From the NCBI GenBank assembly GCA_963798375.1, contig CAWCTG010000007.1, positions 77,586 to 141,585 on the forward strand: 64,000 nucleotides of DNA. The letters are read 5' to 3'. This document shows, piece by piece, positions 9,442 through 18,549 of this stretch. The translations under genes and the position numbers were made by a program. The notes below the pieces were generated by a model, which was not told where the DNA came from, did not search any database, and saw only the letters and a list, made by a program, of their open reading frames with translations. This stretch comes from Candidatus Binataceae bacterium (GTDB taxonomy: Bacteria > Desulfobacterota > Binatia > Binatales > Binataceae). Every line of letters starts with the position of its first letter. Position 1 is the first letter of the stretch.

Positions 9442-10386
9442 TCAGACCCCGGCCGATTTGTAGAGCGCGCAGCGCAGCTTGAAGAAGTGAGCCATCGAGG
9501 TGAGGTATCGGACGCGCCACGCCGCCGCCATCTTACCCTTGGTGAAATCGAGGCCGTAACGCGGTCCGATCAAGTCGTAGGCGGACTTTATCCGGTTGAA
9601 TAGATCCTCCGAGAAACCCGACCTGAGTTGCGAAAGGCCGCCGATCTTTTTGATCAATTCCGGGCTGTAGGCTGCGAGCGCGACCAGACTGTCGGCAAAC
9701 AGTTCATCCTCCTCGAGCAGATGATTGGCGATTGCGCCTTCCATGAATGCCGTGTGGGCGGCTTTTTCTCCCATCAACGAGCCGTAGATGTAGTGACCGA
9801 GTTCATGGCCGAGTGTCGCGGCGACCGCGCCGGGATGATGCGCGGTGTTAACGAAGATCACGAACTTGTTTTTGTCGCCAAGCTTGGCACGACAGTAAAA
9901 TCCGCGCAGCGCCAGCCCGGCGCCGGCGCGATAAGGTTCGGCCCGCAGCGCGACTTCGCGCGGACCGAAAATTTTGGCCAAATGACCGAGCAATTGCGGG
10001 CTGCCGAGAGACGCCAGGCCGCCGTATGCCGGGGTGCGTTGCTTGATGTCATTGTCGACTATCTGCTCCAATTCCCTGAGCAGAGGCATCGACGGAAGCG
10101 CGGGCATGTGTTGCTTGATGTCATTCTCGACTATCCGCGCCAATTCCCTGAGCAGAGGCTTGGATGGAAGCGCGGGCACGTCCACATAGTCGGCGGAGAG
10201 AATCTTTTTCAGGTCAGAAAGCTGATTGAGGACCCGGGTGCCGAGCGAGTCGAATGGAACCTTGATCTCGGCGAGCAGCCTGGAAACGAGATGGTCAACT
10301 TCACGAGTTTCCAGCGCCGCAGGTTCTCGCGACGGCATCCGTTTACCCGCGGCCGGCGATGGCGATGAGGTCAGCGCTGCACTCAT
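9442..10386 (-). CDS. ImmA/IrrE-like HExxH zinc metallopeptidase (DUF955-like) with an internal 24-aa tandem duplication
   Basis: HELGHYIYG motif. Tandem repeat LPSKPLLRELARIVENDIKQHMPA / LPSMPLLRELEQIVDNDIKQRTPA, encoded by a 72-bp x 2 DNA repeat at about 10036-10179. Confidence 0.5.
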   Translation of the reverse strand: MSAALTSSPSPAAGKRMPSREPAALETREVDHLVSRLLAEIKVPFDSLGTRVLNQLSDLKKILSADYVDVPALPSKPLLRELARIVENDIKQHMPALPSMPLLRELEQIVDNDIKQRTPAYGGLASLGSPQLLGHLAKIFGPREVALRAEPYRAGAGLALRGFYCRAKLGDKNKFVIFVNTAHHPGAVAATLGHELGHYIYGSLMGEKAAHTAFMEGAIANHLLEEDELFADSLVALAAYSPELIKKIGGLSQLRSGFSEDLFNRIKSAYDLIGPRYGLDFTKGKMAAAWRVRYLTSMAHFFKLRCALYKSAGV

Positions 10387-10963
10387 AAAACGACCACGAA
10401 GTCGAAATGCCAGACTAGCCGCATAATCGACGTTTTATTTTAAGTGAATCGCGTAGCTTTTCAAGTCTCATCTATATCGGCCTAAAATGAGCAAATCGTA
10501 TGCCACACTACCTATAGATAGCGCAACTAGATGCCAGCCAATAATAGTGTGGGGAACTTCGCTACGCTGCGCCCTTGCAACTTGTCAAGTGCGCTTTTGA
10601 ATCAATTACCCGACGCCGCGACCATCCGGCGCTGTCCGAAAGCCAAGGTCAGCTGATTCTCTCGCATCGTCGCGCCCGCGGGAGCTTTCCTACTCACTCA
10701 CTTGCTGCGCGATATTGCTCTGCCCGGCGCTGTCATGGAGTATTGTTTAACGTTGTCTACGATCGGTCAAGCCTTTCGCTATGAACTTAGGGCAGTTTTA
10801 TTGCCTTTTGGCGTGCCAGACCGTTGGCGTCATGGCCATAACGTCGAAGCCTGTCCCGCGGGAGAGTGCGGCGAAATGCGTTGGCATCCAGTTCACGCGC
10901 GCGTCGTTACGGGCGCTACGGTTGCCATCATCGGTACGGCTTGCCATTAGTGTCATTTTCAAA

Positions 10964-13489
10964 ATGCCGAAAACCAAATTTGAAATCCTGCCCGGCGTGC
11001 CGTATCCGCTTGGCGCGACCTGTGACCGTGCGGGAGTGAACTTTTCGATATTTTCCGAGCACGCGACCGGCGCGATGCTGTGCCTGTTTGGTGGCGCCGC
11101 TGTCACTGGTAACGGCGAGATCGCGCGAATACCGCTCGTCGAGCGCACCGAACACATCTGGCACGCCTACGTTCGCGGCGTTCGGGCCGGTCAGCGTTAT
11201 GGCTATCGCGTCAGCGGTCCCTACGATCCGCCCGCGGGGCATCGCTTCAACTCCGCCAAGCTGCTGCTCGACCCGTATGCGCGAGCGCTCGATCGCACGC
11301 CTCGATGGCACGATTCGATGATCGGCTATCGCTCGACCGCGGTCGACGCTGCGCCTCGTCTGGATCTGCGCAACAGCGCGGCTGCGATGCCCAAGTGCGT
11401 GGTTGTCGATTCGGCGTACGACTGGGATGGCGATCGCAAGCCCGCAATTCCGTGGGAGGATCTCGTCATCTACGAGGCGCACGTGAAGGGGATGACCGCG
11501 CTGCATCCCGAAGCGCCGCGCCGGGTTCGAGGCAAATTTGCGGCGCTCGCGTCGCCGGGCGTCATCCGGCACTTGACCTCGCTCGGCGTGAACGCGGTTG
11601 AATTGATGCCGGTGCATCAGACCGCCCCCGAACGCCGCTTGTCCAAAACCGGCCTAAGTAACTATTGGGGATACAATACAATCGGCTATTTTGCGCCGGA
11701 CATCCGCTTCGCATCCGGCGGCGCGCTCGGCAGTTGCGTCACGGAATTCAAGGCGATGGTGAAGGCATTGCACGGCGCGGGGATCGAGGTGATCCTCGAC
11801 GTCGTTTACAACCATTCGGGCGAAGGGGATGAGCGCGGACCGACGATTTGTTTTCGCGGAATCGACAACGTTACTTACTATCGGCTGCGCACCGACGGCA
11901 GCGGCCGATGCGAGGATTACACGGGTACCGGGAACTCGCTCGACATGACACACTCGCGGGTTCTCCAAATGGTAATGGACAGCCTGCGCTACTGGATACT
12001 CGAGATGCACGTGGACGGATTCCGCTTCGACCTTGCGACCACACTTGCGCGCGGACCGGGCGGCGAATTCGCGGCCAACAGCCCGTTTTTTGCGGCGATT
12101 GCGCAGGACCCGGTGATATCGAAGGCCAAGTTGATCGCGGAGCCGTGGGACGTCGGCGATGGCGGCTACCGGGTCGCCGGCTTTCCGGTCAACTGGAAGG
12201 AATGGAACGGCAGATACCGCGACAGCGTGCGCGATTTCTGGCGCGGCGCGGGCTATTCGATGGGCGAGTTTGCATCGCGCGTCACCGGCAGCTCGGACCT
12301 GTACCGCGCCGGCGGCCGCGGGCCGCTCGCCAGCATCAACTTTGTCACCGCGCACGACGGCTTCACGCTCGCCGACCTCGTTTCGTACAACGACAAGCAC
12401 AACCAGGCGAATGGCGAGGATAACCGCGACGGCGACAGTAACAATCGATCGTGGAATTGCGGCGCCGAAGGACCGAGCGAGGATCCCGCAATTCGTGCGC
12501 TTCGCGAGCGGCAAAAGCGCAACTTCCTCGCGACGCTGTTGCTGTCGCAGGGCGTACCGATGATGCTGGCCGGCGACGAGCTCGGCCGCACGCAGCGCGG
12601 CAACAATAACGCCTACTGCCAGGACAATCCGATTTCATGGATCGATTGGGCAAGCGCCGACGCGACGCTGATCGATTTCACCCGGCGGCTGATCCGGCTC
12701 CGCCGCGAGCATCCGATCTTCCGGCGCCGGGGATGGTTCACCGGCGCCGCTCCGAAGGGCAGCCGGCTGAAAGATCTCGAATGGTTCCGGCCCGACGGCG
12801 CCGAGATGACCTCCGCCGACTGGGGTGTCGGATACGCGAAAACGCTCGGCGCGTTCATGAATGGAGACGCGATAAGCGAACGCGATCGCGCCGGCGCTCG
12901 AATTGCCGACGACAGCTTCTTTGTGATGTTCAACTCATATCGCGAGCCCATGGAATTCAAGCTGCCGCCGAAACAATTCGGGCGCCGATGGACGATTATC
13001 CTCGACACCGCGGATGCGACGGCGCCGCAGCGCGTGCGATCGTACTCATTCGAAGAGCGGGTTCACCTCGCGGGACATTCGATGGTCCGTGTTGCGGTGC
13101 GTAGCGTGAATCGCACCTTCGCGATGCCTGCCCGCTGGCTACGAGATCTTCATGCCCTGAGCGCGAAAGACTTGCGCCATATCGACCGCCGGATGAACTT
13201 CGAACGAGACCTCGCGCCAGTACTCGATCATCGTGCGGATGTCGTCGTGATTGGACGACTCGAACAGGAGCACGTCCGGAGTATCGCTGCCCAGCGCTCC
13301 GTAAAAGCCGACGGTCTTCAACCCGGCCGGCTTGGCGCCTTCGTTCCACCATTTGCGGGATTTTGCGACGATGTCGGTGTCGGTCGCCAATCCCGGCCTG
13401 TTCTTGATGAATGCAATGTAGAGCATCCTTGTGCCTCCTTCTCTCGACGATCGATGCGAGCAGCGATTGTAGCACTGCTCGTTGCTTGA
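10964..13489 (+). CDS. glgX: glycogen debranching enzyme GlgX (GH13). The last ~115 codons are an atypical R-rich extension and the true 3' end is uncertain
   Basis: [19 protein letters not shown]...[16 protein letters not shown]...FRFDLA is a GlgX signature. No in-frame stop until 13489. The tail overlaps an antisense protein-like ORF. Confidence 0.8.
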   Translation: MPKTKFEILPGVPYPLGATCDRAGVNFSIFSEHATGAMLCLFGGAAVTGNGEIARIPLVERTEHIWHAYVRGVRAGQRYGYRVSGPYDPPAGHRFNSAKLLLDPYARALDRTPRWHDSMIGYRSTAVDAAPRLDLRNSAAAMPKCVVVDSAYDWDGDRKPAIPWEDLVIYEAHVKGMTALHPEAPRRVRGKFAALASPGVIRHLTSLGVNAVELMPVHQTAPERRLSKTGLSNYWGYNTIGYFAPDIRFASGGALGSCVTEFKAMVKALHGAGIEVILDVVYNHSGEGDERGPTICFRGIDNVTYYRLRTDGSGRCEDYTGTGNSLDMTHSRVLQMVMDSLRYWILEMHVDGFRFDLATTLARGPGGEFAANSPFFAAIAQDPVISKAKLIAEPWDVGDGGYRVAGFPVNWKEWNGRYRDSVRDFWRGAGYSMGEFASRVTGSSDLYRAGGRGPLASINFVTAHDGFTLADLVSYNDKHNQANGEDNRDGDSNNRSWNCGAEGPSEDPAIRALRERQKRNFLATLLLSQGVPMMLAGDELGRTQRGNNNAYCQDNPISWIDWASADATLIDFTRRLIRLRREHPIFRRRGWFTGAAPKGSRLKDLEWFRPDGAEMTSADWGVGYAKTLGAFMNGDAISERDRAGARIADDSFFVMFNSYREPMEFKLPPKQFGRRWTIILDTADATAPQRVRSYSFEERVHLAGHSMVRVAVRSVNRTFAMPARWLRDLHALSAKDLRHIDRRMNFERDLAPVLDHRADVVVIGRLEQEHVRSIAAQRSVKADGLQPGRLGAFVPPFAGFCDDVGVGRQSRPVLDECNVEHPCASFSRRSMRAAIVALLVA
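13139..13426 (-). CDS. small DUF3303-like protein (about 95 aa), antisense to the glgX tail
   Basis: [33 protein letters not shown]... has protein-like composition, unlike the overlapping glgX tail frame. Confidence 0.4.
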   Translation of the reverse strand: MLYIAFIKNRPGLATDTDIVAKSRKWWNEGAKPAGLKTVGFYGALGSDTPDVLLFESSNHDDIRTMIEYWREVSFEVHPAVDMAQVFRAQGMKIS

Positions 13490-13498
13490 GTCGCGGGA

Positions 13499-13526
13499 AC
13501 CTGGCGGGCGCGATCGGTCGCGAACC
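13499..13526. repeat. 28-bp direct repeat ACCTGGCGGGCGCGATCGGTCGCGAACC, copy A (left boundary of the island)
   Basis: Matches copy B at 17736 and copy C at 18705 (inside the GT87 gene) with one mismatch each. Confidence 0.7.
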
Positions 13527-13747
13527 GTCGTGTTGGGTCGTGATTGGCAGTCGTTTGGCAGTCGATTCGGAGCGCCGAATCGCTACGGGTATGGAGAAAC
13601 TCACGGATGTTGCTCACGCGGAATATTATCGGCCAAAAGTTTTGAGGAATGGTTAACCTGAAGACACTGCGCTATCGGAGCGTTTTGGGCGAGGACGAAG
13701 GCTGGCGTTCGCGTCAATGTGCTCAAGCCACACGGGAGGTGTATTAA

Positions 13748-14257
13748 TTATGGGAAGAAGATCTCTGGCCTTTTTTCACAAATTTGACTGACACATTTGA
13801 CCAATTTCATCCAGCCGCAAAATGGTCGGCAGTCGCCGCTAAGCTTCCGAGATCTTTCGCCGCAGATCTTATAGTGTTCGCAGATTAATCCTTCAGTTCG
13901 TTCCAACATCTCGGCCCACTTTGACCCCCGTTTAATATCAGTGTTGTGCAGATCGCTGCGAGCCATGGTCGATATCATCGTTCGTAAATTCGTCTGTCGC
14001 TGAAGATGACGAATCAACTGTTGACGATGATCTAGATGTCGGCGCAGTTCGATTTTCTCTGCGAACAAGCCGGGCATAGTGATCGACTTTTTGCTTATAC
14101 AGTCGCTTGTTGGGTCGCAGTGCTGCAATTGCTGATAGATCTTTAAGTTTGCATCGCGATCAGAAGAGGAAGTACTTCGAGCTTCTTCGAGTAACAGATC
14201 TTCCTTAGCTGCTTTATCGGACTCGGACATTTCGTCAGGTTCAGCGGATATATTCAA
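13748..14257 (-). CDS. hypothetical protein in the low-GC segment
   Basis: 169-aa ORF in a locally low-GC (~45%) segment; Cys-containing, no recognisable domain. Confidence 0.35.
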   Translation of the reverse strand: MNISAEPDEMSESDKAAKEDLLLEEARSTSSSDRDANLKIYQQLQHCDPTSDCISKKSITMPGLFAEKIELRRHLDHRQQLIRHLQRQTNLRTMISTMARSDLHNTDIKRGSKWAEMLERTEGLICEHYKICGERSRKLSGDCRPFCGWMKLVKCVSQICEKRPEIFFP

Positions 14258-14328
14258 GGCGGCGCGTCCGAAGTAGTAACGCCGCCGGAGCGATCTGGCG
14301 CTGGCTCATAAGCATCCACAGAAGAAGG

Positions 14329-14652
14329 CTAAAACAGGTACGCCGACAACCAGGAGACCAACCAAGTAAAAGGCGGTATCCGACCGTGGCGCCTCTTCAA
14401 ATCAGAGACTAGCACCCCATTCACATTTAGCTTGTAACCTTTCGTCGGATGAGGCGCTTCGTCTGCCAACATGGCTTCAGCATCTTCGGGTCGCGTCCCG
14501 CAATTCGCGCATATTCCATCGCCACGAACGATCTGGCGCCACAGATCGCGCAGAAGTTCGAGGTTCGCGCTGTGAGGTTCGCTTTCGGCGGTGGCTCCAC
14601 ACTTATCAGCGGGGCCGACACAGTTCGCAAGGCATTCTTGAGTCGATTTCAA
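14329..14652 (-). CDS. hypothetical Cys-rich small protein in the low-GC segment
   Basis: 107-aa ORF with CLANCVGPADKCG...CANCG pairs. Confidence 0.3.
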   Translation of the reverse strand: MKSTQECLANCVGPADKCGATAESEPHSANLELLRDLWRQIVRGDGICANCGTRPEDAEAMLADEAPHPTKGYKLNVNGVLVSDLKRRHGRIPPFTWLVSWLSAYLF

Positions 14653-14661
14653 ACGCTAGGT

Positions 14662-16137
14662 TCACAGTTGCACCCTCATCTCTCCGGCACTTCCCGGCCG
14701 TTTCTGCGGCTCGTAGCTGAAAGTTTGATCGATAAGTGCTCCAAGAGCCGGGCGCACGTCGGGCCGAAGCTGCCCGACTGACGGAACTGAAGGGCGCTTC
14801 CGACGTGGGGTCGCGCCCCGTAATCGCATGGTGCATTACGGCGCCCGACTGTAGATGTCGCTGCGAGGTTCGGCTCTGCCGCTATACTGCTCCGGCGCAG
14901 CATAGCCCTGCGTTCCGATCATGGTTGCCGTCCGCGACGGCTCGAAATTACGAGCGATGCCGAATTCAACCGATTTGATCCGGCCATCGCTCGTAATCAT
15001 GATATTCGATGGCTTCAGATCCCAATAAAATCACGGGGGTGTCAGACCATGCAGATAGCATAGGGTATCTAGAATTTGTCGCGTGAGATCTATTATTGCG
15101 TTTTCCCCTAGAGATCCTCCGGTAGACGAAATCATCTCCTCCAGCGTCAATCCCTCGACGTACTCCATGACCAAGTAGTGTCGATGGTCCTCGCTGAAGT
15201 GGTCGTATATTTTCGGTATGTGCGGGTTGTCTAGCGTGGCTAGCAGATCGCATTCACGTTGGAACGCCAGCGATGCATGCTGCTGCTCTTCCGGATTCGA
15301 ATAATTGTCGAGCATTTCCGCCACAGCACATCGGCGCCCAGCGAGACGGGAATCTTCGGCTAGGTACACTTTCTTCATCGCTCCGCCGCCGAGCACCTTG
15401 ACGATTCTGTATCGCCGGCCAATGACATCGGATGACGGCTTTGCCGCGGCTTGCTTCGTCGTCATTGCGGTCGGGGCTGAAGCGAGCGCGGAGGACGGCT
15501 GCGTAAATGCCCCACCCGCGCGCACGCTCTCAGGAGATTGTTTGAATTGTTCGGCATGTCGCATCGCGATGGTAAGGCGGCTTTGCCAGAGTTGTGCTTT
15601 TTCAATGGCCTGACGGTAGAGGGCAGAATTTTTGCTCAGGCCTTTTTCATCGGCCCACCTCATGAACGTCACACTATGGCGGGGAGCGTTAAAATCATCG
15701 ACGACGACGACCAAGGTAACGCTGCGAACGCCCGTCGACGATTTCGATGCTTGCCGTCCCGTCAGTCCGCCAACGATTGCGCCGACTTCTCCGAATAGTA
15801 GTCCACCCACGACGACTCCACCGAGTCCTCTTTTCGTGGTCATGAGCGTGACGTTATCTTCCATCACCTCGGCCGAGACGAGTTTCTCGAAGCTCACTTT
15901 TCGTTGTCGCGTGGTATCAACTAGCATCACGAGCCCGCGTGCATTGTCGATAGCCAAGCCATTGCGGGAATACGGACTTACGTAGACATCATCGGCGGAG
16001 AAATCCGCGGTTGATCTGATCTCTCGTTCCCTGTTTGCCACAAGTTTTCTGGAACGAGCAGCCAGAATTATGGCCAAGACGATCACACCAACGATAAAAA
16101 CCATCAAGACTGCTAGAACAAAGCCCACAAATCCCAT
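14662..16137 (-). pseudogene. membrane-anchored Hanks-type Ser/Thr protein kinase, disrupted by an in-frame TGA in the catalytic loop and a +1/-1 frameshift pair
   Basis: N-terminal TM plus unknown domain, then a kinase N-lobe (YRIVKVLGGGAMKKVYLAED). Translation reads ...LHGLTPP*FYWDLKPSNIMITSDGRIKSVEFGIARNF...GTQGYAAPEQ...DIYS. The next 27 codons read correctly only in another frame (GAVMHHAITGRDPTSEAPFSSV), then the original frame resumes with PDVRPALGALIDQTFSYEPQKRPGSAGEM. Confidence 0.65.
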
Positions 16138-16140
16138 AAT

Positions 16141-16422
16141 TCAGGACTCTTGCCGGTCGTTTAACCGGGCGGCGCGGTCGCCTCTCCGGTTTGCGTCGAA
16201 AGCGCCAGCGTCGGTTGCTTCAAGATGAGCGGATATTCGCGTGCGGCAACGATACACTGCTGCTCGCGCCGACTCTGCTCGCAGTAGCAAATGCCGGCAA
16301 AGGCGACAGCGAAGAGCGCGAGGGATGCCCTCTGCGGCGAGATAGACCTGCTTCATCCCGCCGCCGCCGAGTGAGCGAGTCACCTTGTAACGATTTCCTA
16401 CGACCGTATTGGGCGCAATCAC
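16141..16422 (-). pseudogene. paralogous Ser/Thr kinase N-terminal fragment (Gly-loop only), degenerate downstream
   Basis: NRYKVTRSLGGGGMKQVYLAAE parallels RRYRIVKVLGGGAMKKVYLAED of the downstream kinase. The rest is R/C-rich with no kinase motifs. Its stop overlaps the next ATG. Confidence 0.45.
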
Positions 16423-16650
16423 CGCGCGCTGTTCCCCCTCCGCTGGCGGACTGTCGTTCTCTATAGCACCGAGCGGTTTCGGACGCGAAGTTGCCTGAAT
16501 GCCCGCGTAAACGCAAAGTTAGAGCCGTCTCGCGATTCATGATCGTGCGCCAGCATTGTTTGAGATTTCGACGTTTGGTAAAGATTCGAGACATGCCCCG
16601 CCTCTCTTCGACGCTGCAAAAACTCGACTTCGCGACCAAAGAGCTGCTCG

Positions 16651-17200
16651 ATGAGTGAGTACCGCGCCAACCTCGTGCATCATCGAAGAATCCTGTGCAG
16701 TCACAACGACCTATTAAAGATCGAAGTTCCTAGGTTTTATTGTGAGAGTTGCTTTGCGGCGAAAGTAGACGGTGTGTTTCTGATGGACCGCGGACCGGAC
16801 GTTCAGCCGGAGACCTGGGAAACGGATATGGCCAATGCTCTCGGCGACGAGGAGTTCGATTCTCCCCGCTGTCAGTCGTGTAGCCACGATCTGTTCGGGG
16901 AGGCCTTGTATGTCGAAACGGTTCTCGCTACCAGAGCGACTCGGTATTTCGGACGAGACCAGCGCGATCGAACCGAGCAGGAAACTCAAAAACGAGATTC
17001 TGAAGCTTTATGAGCGAAAGTGCTTCGCGTGCGGCTCCGCCGAAGGTTTGGAAATTGACCACATCGAACCCAAGAGTAGAGGAGGCAAAGCTGCTTTTGC
17101 GAACCTTCAGCCGCTATGCAGGAAATGCAACAACGCGAAGGCCAACCGCCCTCCACGCAACATCGTTATCGTCCGCGACCCATGGCCCTTTCAGAATTAG
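16651..17200 (+). CDS. HNH endonuclease with an N-terminal CxxC zinc-ribbon region; the two parts lie in different frames (apparent frameshift)
   Basis: The 16835..17200 frame has the HNH motif CFACGSAEGLEIDHIEPKSRGGKAAFANLQPLCRKCNNAK. The 16651..17013 frame has CESC...CQSC. Confidence 0.6.
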
Positions 17201-17301
17201 ATAAGCGGGCGAACTTGGACTTGGATTGACCGCCGCGTGTTGGACTTGGCGCTCTTACAGACTGAGGACTGCCCCGCCGGTCTGATGAAGCACACGGCCG
17301 G

Positions 17302-17670
17302 CTATGCGGCGGCCTGATTGCCCCAGGCACTCCAGCCTTCACGCCGCCCACGGGCGAATAGTTCTAGCTTGGGCATTGCCGGGTACATGCGCTCAATAAT
17401 TTCGTAGACGAGTTGGGGCTTTTCACTGTGCGCCCCACGGCGCGACCGAATGACAGACGCTACCCGATCCGACGGTGCTGGCGCGGGCGGAGAGCCTCGC
17501 GCCGCCAGCAACAAGAGTTCGTGCTGCTGACGGAAGAAGTAACCGGGGCCGATCACCTCTTTGTCCCATACCGCGCAAGTGCGATAGCTGAAGCTCCACG
17601 CGCTCAGCACTTCCATGGCCTCGGCCAGCTTCGAACTCGGTGCCCAGAGCAAAAGCGCGCAATCGGGCAA
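17302..17670 (-). pseudogene. MT-A70 family N6-adenine DNA methyltransferase, C-terminal fragment only (the DPPW region is missing)
   Basis: LLLWAPSSKLAEAMEVLSAWSFSYRTCAVWDKE...HSEKPQLVYEIIERM matches the MT-A70 C-terminal half. Directly upstream it is fused to the GT87-derived scar. Confidence 0.55.
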
Positions 17671-17735
17671 AGCTCGCCCGGAGCCGCCTTCTCGCCCGGC
17701 GTTGCCGCCGGCACTTTCGGGCCCATCGCGGTTCC

Positions 17736-17839
17736 ACCTGGCGGGGGCGATCGGTCGCGAACCAGTACGCGGCGACGTATCCCGTCAGCATCAGAAGCGC
17801 GCAGATCCATACTACGGGCAGGATCGCAGGCTGGCGCAT
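17736..17839 (-). repeat. scar copy of the GT87 gene with a large internal deletion (first ~18 codons joined to the C-terminal YWFATD segment); contains direct-repeat copy B
   Basis: 17786-17839 is about 85% identical to the GT87 5' end (19890-19940). 17736-17785 is about 90% identical to 18705-18750. It encodes MRQPAILPVVWICALLMLTGYVAAYWFATDRP. Confidence 0.65.
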
Positions 17840-17888
17840 GTGACAAGCAAGTTTCTGGCTTGAAGAAAGCTCGCCTGCCCGCGGGGGA

Positions 17889-18239
17889 TCAGACCCGAAC
17901 TTCTTCGACCAGATTTACAGGCACGATCCGCGCGACACGTTTCATGACCTTTTTGTTTTGCTCAGCCTTCTTCAGGTCGTAGGCTGCCTGCAACCGCATC
18001 CATACTTCCGCTGAGCCGCCAAACAGGCGGGATACCTTCAGGCACATGATGGCAGACAGGGGCTTGCGCTGCGCCAGAATGTCGTGAAGCATCTGGCGGG
18101 ACACCCCCAAGGCTTTCGCCGCAGCCGTCACGGACAGGCCGACAGACGGTAGGATGTCTTGCTTGATAATCTCGCCCGGATGGACGGGCGGCAGTCCGTT
18201 CCTTTTCTCCATAACTTCCTTCCTAATGGTAATCTTCAA
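17889..18239 (-). CDS. higA: HigA-family antitoxin (XRE HTH)
   Basis: GEIIKQDILPSVGLSVTAAAKALGVSRQMLHDIL is an HTH; located directly downstream of higB. Confidence 0.8.
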   Translation of the reverse strand: MKITIRKEVMEKRNGLPPVHPGEIIKQDILPSVGLSVTAAAKALGVSRQMLHDILAQRKPLSAIMCLKVSRLFGGSAEVWMRLQAAYDLKKAEQNKKVMKRVARIVPVNLVEEVRV

Positions 18240-18498
18240 AATCGATGTCCAAGGCGTTTTCGCCCGACCATCCGAACGTGATGCGGTAATTCCCGGTCAC
18301 ACGCACCGACCAGCGTTTTGGGTTGCCTTGCAGGCCGTGGAAGCGAAAGCCTGCGATATTCATGTCCTCTGGCTGCGCCGCTGCTTCCAGCAATTGCAGG
18401 ATACGCACGCACTTCCTTATATGATCAGCGCCGATCCGGCGTGTCTTGCCGGTGAGGTGAATTTCTTGAAGCCCTTTATGCCTGAAGCCGCCGATCAT
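18223..18498 (-). CDS. higB: HigB-like RelE/ParE-family toxin (plasmid maintenance system killer)
   Basis: 91 aa, MIGGFRHKGLQEIH...NYRITFGWSGENALDIDFEDYH. Paralogous to the second module at 52187. Confidence 0.8.
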   Translation of the reverse strand: MIGGFRHKGLQEIHLTGKTRRIGADHIRKCVRILQLLEAAAQPEDMNIAGFRFHGLQGNPKRWSVRVTGNYRITFGWSGENALDIDFEDYH

Positions 18499-18549
18499 TC
18501 TCTTTGAGTGTAAATGGTTTAGTTTACAGTGTCAATTAAACAGTTTCCT

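Noticed and set aside
10781-10963. Upstream 61 codons of the 902-aa ORF containing glgX
   Set aside because: GlgX homology begins at [11 protein letters not shown] (10964). The upstream part lies in a low-GC non-coding region with no RBS logic.
17413-17982. ORFs 17413..17982 (+), 17423..17839 (-) and 17604..17846 (-)
   Set aside because: They cover the GT87-derived scar and the MT-A70 fragment. Their reading frames are by-products of the duplicated gene fragments, not independent genes.
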